Positions 56,749-64,000 of a stretch of DNA of 64,000 bases are shown here, piece by piece. Position 1 is the first letter of the stretch. Each line of letters opens with the position of its first letter. Position numbers and translations under genes: made by a program. The stretch is taken from the NCBI GenBank assembly GCA_963764625.1, contig CAVXTH010000006.1:32001-96000 (forward strand). Direction: 5' to 3'. This DNA is from Candidatus Krumholzibacteriota bacterium. Lineage in GTDB: Bacteria > Krumholzibacteriota > Krumholzibacteriia > JAJRXK01. Under the pieces are notes generated by a model. It ran no database searches and had not been told where the DNA came from. It saw nothing but the letters and a program-made list of their open reading frames with translations.

Positions 56749-57649
56749 AAAGCAGTGCCTGGCGTACTGCGCTCTGGTCTTCCTGCTGCTCTTGGGAGCT
56801 TGCTCCAACGCGCGGAAGGACAGCGCCGAAAGTCGACGCGGCAAGCGCGGCATCGCGCAGCAGACGGACGTGGGGATCGTTCCCTCTCCGGCGTACGCGT
56901 TCCACGAGCTGCGACTCAGCGAAACCTCGACGGCTGCGCTGGGGTCCTCGATGGAAACCAGCCGGATTCGCTGGGAGGTGAATGGATCAGATGCTCATAT
57001 CGGCGAGAGTCTCGCACCCACCTACATTCACGCGGGAGCCAAAGTGACGGCAATCATCGAAACCTCTGATGGTGCCGGCGGCTGGCGGGAACTCACTCGC
57101 TATTCTTGTGTGGTGGAGAATAGCCCGCCTCGGGTGGAAGAAGTCGAGTTAAAGCGGGACCAAAACAATCCCTACCACATTGAGGCCGTGCTTCGTGCCA
57201 CGGATTCCGACGAGCAAGCCGTCGACCTGCGCTACCGCTGGTTTCTCAATGGGAAGGTGGTTCCCGACCAGCTGGGCGACTCCATCGTCTTGAACCAGCC
57301 CGAGCCGGGCTCGGAAGTTCAGGTGGAAGTCGTCGCATCCGACGGACAGGCATCCTCGGTTCCCGTACGCAGTCCCAAGCTGAAGATCGAGGCGCCGACG
57401 GTGTTCCTGACGGTGGGGGAGAAGGCGGAATTTCGGGACAGCAAGGACGGCGGACGAGAGGTGATCTTGCCTCTGCAGTACACCGAGGGCGCTCGCTTGC
57501 AGCTTCTCGATGCCCCTTCGAACGTGCGCTTCGAACCCGGCCACCTGGTTTGGGTGCCCAAGGAAAACGAGAAAGAGGTCAAGCTGAGCGTTCGGGTCAG
57601 CGTGAAGGATGGTAGCACCATCGAGCGCGAGATCACTCTGAACATCTGA
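56735..57649 (+). CDS. Lipoprotein with Ig-like domains
   Basis: Lipobox LGAC; NSPP..DSD..YRWFLNG..VEVVASDG. Confidence 0.72.
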   Translation: MPRSRKQCLAYCALVFLLLLGACSNARKDSAESRRGKRGIAQQTDVGIVPSPAYAFHELRLSETSTAALGSSMETSRIRWEVNGSDAHIGESLAPTYIHAGAKVTAIIETSDGAGGWRELTRYSCVVENSPPRVEEVELKRDQNNPYHIEAVLRATDSDEQAVDLRYRWFLNGKVVPDQLGDSIVLNQPEPGSEVQVEVVASDGQASSVPVRSPKLKIEAPTVFLTVGEKAEFRDSKDGGREVILPLQYTEGARLQLLDAPSNVRFEPGHLVWVPKENEKEVKLSVRVSVKDGSTIEREITLNI

Positions 57650-57664
57650 GGCGGAATTCGCTGC

Positions 57665-58504
57665 TCAGCACTTGTGATCGTTGGCCTTGCTTTCCTCCCA
57701 GTAGCGAAACATCTCGTCGCGGCTCAGATCCTCGATCTTCCTGCTCTCGTTCGCGCACCGGTCTTCCATTTCCTTGAAGCGGCGCGCGAACTTGCGGTTC
57801 GTTCCACTCAGACAGCTCTCGGGATCGAGATCGAGCTTGCGCGCGAGCTGCGTCGCCGCGAAGAGAATGTCGCCCATCTCGTCCCGCACCCTCGCCTCCC
57901 GGCCCTCTTTGAGCGCTTCTTCGAATTCTGCAATCTCCTCTTTCAGCTTGGAAAGCACCTCGCGGTGATCTTGCCAGTCGAAACCGGTCTCCGCCGCGCT
58001 CTGACCGAAGACCAAGGCCTGACGGAGCGATGAAGCGGCGGCCGAGAGATGCTTGAGGGCTCCGGCGTGCTCCCGGTCATCCTTTCCTCGGCTCTTCTTC
58101 TCTTTCGCCTTCTCGCGCTTCCAGATGCGCTGGGCCTCGTTGGAGGTAGTCGCGGTCTCGTCGCCGAAGACGTGCGGCTTGCGCCGAATCAGCTTCTGCG
58201 CCCCCAGTGCGGCGAGATCCTCGAGGCTTACTCCCGTCTCCTCGGAGAGAAGCAACCAGTTGAAGCACACCATGTAGAGGAGATCCGCCAGTTCCTCGGT
58301 CAACTCTCGCGCATCACCCCCCGCGGTGGCTTCCACGTACTCGACCACTTCATCCTGAAGAAAGCGTGCCGCCGACGATAGGGTCTGTTGCCGGTCCCAG
58401 GGACAGCCCCGCGGACCTCGCAATCGCTCGAGCACCTCGATCAAGACCAGTAGCGAATGTTCCACCGAGTTCGTTCTCCAGAAGGCTGGTTTGACCCGGA
58501 CCAT
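57665..58504 (-). CDS. mazG: Nucleoside triphosphate pyrophosphohydrolase
   Basis: LRGPRGCPWDRQQT, EELADLL, KLIRRKPHVF, GFDW, DEMGDILF. Confidence 0.94.
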   Translation of the reverse strand: MVRVKPAFWRTNSVEHSLLVLIEVLERLRGPRGCPWDRQQTLSSAARFLQDEVVEYVEATAGGDARELTEELADLLYMVCFNWLLLSEETGVSLEDLAALGAQKLIRRKPHVFGDETATTSNEAQRIWKREKAKEKKSRGKDDREHAGALKHLSAAASSLRQALVFGQSAAETGFDWQDHREVLSKLKEEIAEFEEALKEGREARVRDEMGDILFAATQLARKLDLDPESCLSGTNRKFARRFKEMEDRCANESRKIEDLSRDEMFRYWEESKANDHKC

Positions 58505-58569
58505 AGAGCACGTTAAGCTCTTCGTCTGTCCTTGATTCCTCGTTTCACCCCGCTGGGGCCGGATGGGTA

Positions 58570-61365
58570 ATGGCGAGCGCCGAAGCTATCACGATCCACG
58601 GAGCCCGCCAACACAACCTGCGGAATCTGGATCTTTCCATTCCCAAGGCTCGTTTCACCACCATCAGCGGAGTCTCCGGAAGCGGCAAGTCCTCGCTGGC
58701 CTTTGACACCCTGTATGCCGAGGGGCAGCGTTGCTACGTGGAGAGTCTCTCCACCTATGCGCGGCAGTTTCTCGAGCGCCTGGAGAAGCCGGACGTCGAT
58801 TTCATCGACGGGATCCAGCCCGCGATCGCGATCCGCCAACGCAACACCATCCGTTCCAGCCGGTCCACGGTGGGGACCTCGACCGAGATTCACGACTACT
58901 TGAGGCTCCTCTACGCGCGAGTGGGGCAGACCTTCTGCCTCGACTGTGGGGTAAAGGTCAGCCCGGATTCTCCCGACGGGGCGGTCGCCAAGGCGAAGGA
59001 AACCTTCTCTGAGGGCGCGCGGCTCTACGTCGCTTTTCCGGCCGCCGCGACCCCCACTCTCTCCTTTTCGGAACTGGCCAGTCGCCTGGTGGCCCAAGGC
59101 TATCTGCGCGCGCTGCGCGGGACCGAGGTGTGCTCTCTGGAGGAGAGTTGGGCGAAGGAGCCCAAGGTGGGCGAAGAGATCTCCGTGCTCGCCGATCGCA
59201 TCGTCCTCCAGCCGAAGTACGAGCTGCGTCTGGCCGAATCGATCGAGGCCGCGCTCGGCGCCGGTGAGGGAAGGGCGAGTATCGTGGAGGAAGGTGGCCG
59301 AAAGACTCTGCCGCTGAGCAACGTGTTCGCGTGCTCGAATTGCGGCCGTGCGTACGAACTCCCCCACGCCCAGCTCTTTTCCTTCAATTCACCCCAGGGC
59401 GCCTGTTCTGCCTGCAACGGTTTCGGCGAGAGACTCGAATTCGACGAACGTCGGATCATCCCCGATCTGGGACGAAGTCTCGGCGCCGGTGCGGTGAAGC
59501 TCTGGACGAGTGACAGCTTTTCCCACGAGATGACCACGCTGCTCAAGGCCTGTCGCCGGCGCAAGATCCCCATCGACGTTCCGTTCGGGAAATTGAACGC
59601 GAAGCACAAGAACTTCGTGCTCGAGGCGCGCGAAAAGGACTACCTCGGAGTCATCCCCTGGCTCGACGAGATGCGCGAAGCGCGTGTGAAGGAAGGCCAC
59701 CGCTTCTACACGCGCCGCTACATGGGGCGCAGTCGTTGCAGAGCCTGTCAGGGCACACGCCTCAAGCCCGAGGCGAGGGCAGTGCAGGTGGGCGGAGCCG
59801 AAATCGGAGAGCTGAGCTCCATGAGCATTCCCGAGGCGAGAGCGTTCTTGCAGAAGCTCGAGCTGAGCGAGCCCCAGCGGAAGATCGTGGGAGACGTGAT
59901 CACCGAACTTCTCGAGCGTCTTGCCTTTCTCGAAGCGATCGGATTGGGATATCTCGATCTCGCGCGCGCCAGCCGCACTCTGAGCGGCGGAGAAATGCAA
60001 CGCATTCACCTGAGCAACGCGCTCTCGAGCCGACTGGTGGAAACGCTCTACGTGCTCGATGAACCCAGCATCGGCCTGCATCCCGCCGATACGCACCGCC
60101 TGATCGAGCGTCTGAAGGAGCTGGCTCAGCTGGGGAACACGGTGGTCGTCGTCGAGCACGATCTCGAGATCCTCAGAGCCAGCGATCGACTCATCGACTT
60201 GGGCCCCGGCGCCGGGACGCGCGGGGGCAAGGTGCTCTACGAGGGGGAGCCGCCGCGGGGAAACGAGCCGTGTGGAGAGGCGAAGAACAGCCTTACGTGC
60301 GCGTACCTCTCGGGCGAGCGCGAGGTTCCGGTGCGCAAGAACCGCCGCAGCGCGGGCCGCAAGAGGGTCACTCTGGTCAACGCACGCCTGCACAACCTGA
60401 AGGGGATCGACTTCACTCTGCCCCTGGGTCTCTTCGTGTGCGTGACAGGGGTGAGCGGTTCGGGCAAAAGCACGCTGGTGAACGAGTTGCTCTATCCGGC
60501 TCTCACCGGACAGATTTCGGGGGGGAGCGGCCGACTCCACGGCTTCGATGCCCTGCACGGGGCGGAGAACGTCGATCAGGTGGTCATGGTGGATCAGAGC
60601 CCGGTAGGACGGAGCGCGCGGAGCAATCCGGGCACCTACCTCCACATCCTCGGGGACATCCGCGAGCTCTTGGCGTCCACCACCGAGGCGCGCAAGCGCG
60701 GCTGGACCGCCGGGCGCTTCTCGTTCAACGTGGCGGGGGGGCGTTGTCCGGTCTGTCAGGGGATGGGCGAAGTGAGAGTGGAAATGCAGTTCATGGCCGA
60801 CGTCACCGTTCCCTGCGAGGAGTGCGGCGGCCGGCGCTTCGAGCCTTCGACTCTGCTCGTGAAATACCGCGGGCGAAACATCTCGGAAATCCTGGATCTC
60901 ACGGTGGACGAGGCCATCACCTTCTTTGCCGACTCCCCCGCCATCGGAGCCAAGCTTTGGCTTCTCCAGCGGGTGGGACTGGGGTACCTGAAGTTGGGAC
61001 AAGCGGCCGGCACCCTCAGCGGGGGCGAGAGCCAACGGCTCAAGATCTCGCGGGAACTCTCCCACGGCGGCAAGGAGCACGCGCTGTATCTTCTCGACGA
61101 ACCGACCTGCGGACTCCATCCTGAGGACATCCGGCGCCTGGTGACGGTCCTGGATGAGCTGGTGGAAGCGGGGAACACCGTGCTCGTGATCGAGCACAAT
61201 CTGGACGTGATCAAGAACGCCGATCACGTGGTCGATCTGGGGGTCGGAGGTGGACCCGAGGGGGGAAGGATCGTCGTCGCGGGTCCCCCGGAGAGTCTTC
61301 TGGAGAACGGCGAGTCCGTCACGGGGCAATATCTCCGCAGCGTGCTGTCTCTGCAGGGGAGTTAG
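58570..61365 (+). CDS. uvrA: Excinuclease ABC subunit A
   Basis: GVSGSGKSSLAFDTLYAEGQ, zinc fingers, two LSGGE signatures, LDEP. Confidence 0.95.
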   Translation: MASAEAITIHGARQHNLRNLDLSIPKARFTTISGVSGSGKSSLAFDTLYAEGQRCYVESLSTYARQFLERLEKPDVDFIDGIQPAIAIRQRNTIRSSRSTVGTSTEIHDYLRLLYARVGQTFCLDCGVKVSPDSPDGAVAKAKETFSEGARLYVAFPAAATPTLSFSELASRLVAQGYLRALRGTEVCSLEESWAKEPKVGEEISVLADRIVLQPKYELRLAESIEAALGAGEGRASIVEEGGRKTLPLSNVFACSNCGRAYELPHAQLFSFNSPQGACSACNGFGERLEFDERRIIPDLGRSLGAGAVKLWTSDSFSHEMTTLLKACRRRKIPIDVPFGKLNAKHKNFVLEAREKDYLGVIPWLDEMREARVKEGHRFYTRRYMGRSRCRACQGTRLKPEARAVQVGGAEIGELSSMSIPEARAFLQKLELSEPQRKIVGDVITELLERLAFLEAIGLGYLDLARASRTLSGGEMQRIHLSNALSSRLVETLYVLDEPSIGLHPADTHRLIERLKELAQLGNTVVVVEHDLEILRASDRLIDLGPGAGTRGGKVLYEGEPPRGNEPCGEAKNSLTCAYLSGEREVPVRKNRRSAGRKRVTLVNARLHNLKGIDFTLPLGLFVCVTGVSGSGKSTLVNELLYPALTGQISGGSGRLHGFDALHGAENVDQVVMVDQSPVGRSARSNPGTYLHILGDIRELLASTTEARKRGWTAGRFSFNVAGGRCPVCQGMGEVRVEMQFMADVTVPCEECGGRRFEPSTLLVKYRGRNISEILDLTVDEAITFFADSPAIGAKLWLLQRVGLGYLKLGQAAGTLSGGESQRLKISRELSHGGKEHALYLLDEPTCGLHPEDIRRLVTVLDELVEAGNTVLVIEHNLDVIKNADHVVDLGVGGGPEGGRIVVAGPPESLLENGESVTGQYLRSVLSLQGS

Positions 61366-61368
61366 AGG

Positions 61369-62349
61369 ATGAGAGTTCTGGTCACCGGCGGCGCCGGCTA
61401 CATCGGAAGCGTCACGGTCCATGGCCTCCTGGAGGACGGCCACGAAGTGACGGTTCTGGACGATCTGAGCACGGGGCACCGAGAGGCGGTGTGGCCGGAG
61501 GCTCGTTTCGTCGAGGGTCGCGTGCAGGACCCGGTGGCGCTGGCGGGAGCACTCGACGGCTCAGAAGCGGTGATCCACTTCGCCTCCTTGAGTCTGGTGC
61601 CTCAAAGCGTGAACAATCCGCGCCGGTATTTCCGCGAGAATCTTTCGGCCGCACTCGAGCTGCTCGAAGGGATGGCCAAAGCTGGAGTCGATCGCTTCGT
61701 GTTTTCCAGCAGCGCCGCGGTCTACGGAGAACCCGAGCGCGAACTCATCGAAGAAGAGACGCCGCTGCATCCAGTGAACCCCTATGGCATGAGCAAGCTC
61801 ATGGTCGAGACAATCCTCAAGGAAGAGGCGCGAGCCCACGGTCTGCGTGCGATGGCTCTGCGCTATTTTAATGCCTGCGGCTCCGACGGAATCCACGGCG
61901 AGCATCATGATCCCGAGACCCATCTCATCCCGCGCCTGTGCGCGGCTCTGCTCGCCCGCGGAGTGGAGTTCTCGATCCACGGCCGGGATTATCCCACCGC
62001 CGATGGAACCGCGGTGCGGGACTACGTACACGTCAGCGATCTGGCGCGGGCCCACGTCAGCGCGATCTCGGCTCTGACGGCTCCGGGATTCGAGGCGCTC
62101 AATTTGGGCAGCGGAAACGGCGCCAGCGTACTGGAAGTGGTGCAGGCCGCCCGCCAGGTCGCCGGCTCCTCGCGCGAGTTCCCCTTCGGTCCCCGCCGCG
62201 CCGGAGATCCGGCTCGACTGGTGGCCAGCCAGCGCCGCGCGGGGCAGCGCCTCGGCTGGCGGCCCGAGCATTCCTCGCTCGAGGAAATCCTCGAGAGCGC
62301 GTATCGCTGGCACCGCGAGCATCCGCGCGGCTACTCTTCCTCGGGCTGA
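61369..62349 (+). CDS. galE: UDP-glucose 4-epimerase
   Basis: GGAGYIGS, FSSSAAVYG, YGMSK, LRYFN, ETHLIP, DGTAVRDYVHV. Confidence 0.95.
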   Translation: MRVLVTGGAGYIGSVTVHGLLEDGHEVTVLDDLSTGHREAVWPEARFVEGRVQDPVALAGALDGSEAVIHFASLSLVPQSVNNPRRYFRENLSAALELLEGMAKAGVDRFVFSSSAAVYGEPERELIEEETPLHPVNPYGMSKLMVETILKEEARAHGLRAMALRYFNACGSDGIHGEHHDPETHLIPRLCAALLARGVEFSIHGRDYPTADGTAVRDYVHVSDLARAHVSAISALTAPGFEALNLGSGNGASVLEVVQAARQVAGSSREFPFGPRRAGDPARLVASQRRAGQRLGWRPEHSSLEEILESAYRWHREHPRGYSSSG

Positions 62350-62521
62350 GTCGGCGTCGCCAAGGGCGGCTGATCCCGTCCCGCTGGCGGTGAAAAGCTG
62401 GGCAGCCTGCCTGCCTGGCCGGGCTTTCGTTTTTCCACCCAAATCGCGGATTCAGGCGCGAAAAGGCCCCCCAGAGGCCCTTTCTGTCGCTTGTACGCCC
62501 CGCGCTCCCTCCGCGCTCACT

Positions 62522-62538
62522 CTGGCATCCCGGTTGCC
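62522..62538 (+). promoter_or_regulatory. Putative sigma54 promoter
   Basis: CTGGCATCCCGGTTGCC = TGGCA-N6-TTGC, about 35 nt before ATG 62572. Confidence 0.7.
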
Positions 62539-62571
62539 CTCCCCAAGGGCACCTGGAGGGGAGAACGCGCC

Positions 62572-64000
62572 ATGAAATCCGAACTGCCCTGGTCCGTCGA
62601 GCCGGTGGGTCCCACGCTCGAGGCGGCTGAGCTGCTGAAGCGCATCCCGCGCCTCCTGCGCTTCCGTCTGGCCGGTCGCGCCGACCGGCTGTTGCTGCGC
62701 CTGGCCCGCAGAATCGGCTTCGTGGGTGGCGTGAGTCTCAATCTCGATCTCCATTCGCACCCCGATGCCTTCCCGATTCTGGCCCACCATGGGATCCCTC
62801 ACGAACGCTGGGCGCGTCAGCTGCACGTGGAGCGCATCGGTTTGCTCTCGGTGGCGCGTATTCCGGTCGCCCGTCGCCTCTCGGGAAGCTTCGAACCGGT
62901 CGCCGCACGTTTGCTTCAGGGACTCAATTTACAGCGCCTCACCGTGATCCCCCTCGGCTGCCGAGGGCAGGGATGGCGGATTCTGCTGCTTGCCGACGGC
63001 CCGCGTCTCAGCTCGGAGATCCTGGCCGGAATGCGGGACCTCGCGCGCACGGTGCTCGACGCTGCCCGACGACAGGAACTGAGCGCACGAACCGATACGG
63101 AGATCGGACGCCCTTCGTACGCGACCGGTCACTCCAAAGCCCGCGCCTCGCGTCGAGGGGAGCTGCGTCCGACAGGACCAAGCCAGTTGTCGCGCGCCCG
63201 CGCGTTGGTAAACCGCCACAGCGTCGCAGTGGGAAACCTCAGCCACGATTTGAAGAACCCGCTCTCCGCGATTTCGACCTCTCTTCAGGTCCTGACCAGC
63301 GGACGGGCGGGTGCGCTGGAACCGCAGCAGTTCCGACTGCTCGGGTTGGCCCAGCGCAACGCCGAACGCATGCAGCGCATGGTCGAGAACTTCGCGCTCG
63401 AATCTGAGCGGCAGGAGGGCGAGACCGTTTTCAATTCGTGCGAACTGAACGCGCAGGAGCTGGTAAATCGGGCGATGACAGCGTCGGCGGCCGTGGCCTT
63501 GGTGCAAGATCGCAACCTAGCCTGGGTCGCCGACCACGGGAGCCGCGTCTTCGGGGATGCCGATCGCATCCACCGCATACTGGACAACCTGGTGGGGAAT
63601 GCCCTGAAGTTCTCCGGATACGAGGGACACGTGCTGGTCAGCGCGCGCAAGCAGGTGAAGCGTGAAGGGGACGAAATCGCTCGCTCTGCCGCGCAGCTTG
63701 GCCTCGAGCTGAAGGGACTCTCGATCACGGTTGAGGACGATGGGCCTGGAATGTCCGAGGAAGTTCGCTCCCGCGCCTTCGAACGCTTCTGGCAGGATCA
63801 AGAAGAGCGGGGCCGAGGCCGCGGCTCCGGCCTGGGCCTGGCCATCGTTCAGTCTCTAGTTCTCGCTCTGCACGGGACCGTGAGTCTCACGAGCGAAGTG
63901 GGGAAGGGGACCCGCGCGCGCATCTGGCTGCCCTCCGATCAGACCTGCAGCCGCACCTGTGCCGGACTGCAGTCCCTCTTGCGCGAACTCGACCGCCTGC
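62572..64000 (+). CDS. Sensor histidine kinase (runs off the window; absent from ORF track)
   Basis: GGAGG RBS; H-box SHDLKNPL at 63241 in frame with ATG; DNLVGNALKF, DDGPG, GSGLGLAIV. Confidence 0.88.
   Translation, partial: MKSELPWSVEPVGPTLEAAELLKRIPRLLRFRLAGRADRLLLRLARRIGFVGGVSLNLDLHSHPDAFPILAHHGIPHERWARQLHVERIGLLSVARIPVARRLSGSFEPVAARLLQGLNLQRLTVIPLGCRGQGWRILLLADGPRLSSEILAGMRDLARTVLDAARRQELSARTDTEIGRPSYATGHSKARASRRGELRPTGPSQLSRARALVNRHSVAVGNLSHDLKNPLSAISTSLQVLTSGRAGALEPQQFRLLGLAQRNAERMQRMVENFALESERQEGETVFNSCELNAQELVNRAMTASAAVALVQDRNLAWVADHGSRVFGDADRIHRILDNLVGNALKFSGYEGHVLVSARKQVKREGDEIARSAAQLGLELKGLSITVEDDGPGMSEEVRSRAFERFWQDQEERGRGRGSGLGLAIVQSLVLALHGTVSLTSEVGKGTRARIWLPSDQTCSRTCAGLQSLLRELDRL

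Overview
High-GC bacterial chromosomal window. Gene content (Kdo transferase, C25 gingipain/PorU-like protease with FlgD-Ig tail, GWxTD protein, dockerin-like and SWGxxK-tailed secreted proteins) suggests an FCB-superphylum candidate lineage such as Krumholzibacteriota/Latescibacterota/Eisenbacteria; this is inference. Most of it is housekeeping: SPFH+RHH pair, MFS, tmRNA, yggS-yggT-divIVA-pnp-ileS-dksA-lspA-rluD, STAS/anti-sigma, yqgF-mltG, tRNA-Val, a peptidoglycan-recycling operon (murQ-anmK-spoIID-nagZ), tRNA-Asp, xdhC-mocA, rpmB, ccsA-hemA-hemD, queE-queC, LPS core genes, two CNNM genes, a type IV minor pilin/PilY1 cluster, mazG, uvrA, galE and a histidine kinase running off the end. Several genes carry single-base frameshifts or an in-frame stop, most likely long-read consensus errors. 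Best candidates for new biology: (1) 15.4-23.2 kb, a dockerin-like protein, three possibly cohesin-like secreted proteins sharing a short C-terminal S[WF]G[AS][VL]K[AS]x[FY] tail, and an adjacent PorU-like C25 peptidase, i.e. a candidate protein-sorting/surface-assembly system; (2) an unannotated ~200-nt highly base-paired minus-strand RNA at 35620-35820; (3) an unannotated 40-aa peptide with a RiPP-leader-like motif at 181-303. No CRISPR array, transposase or integrase was seen.
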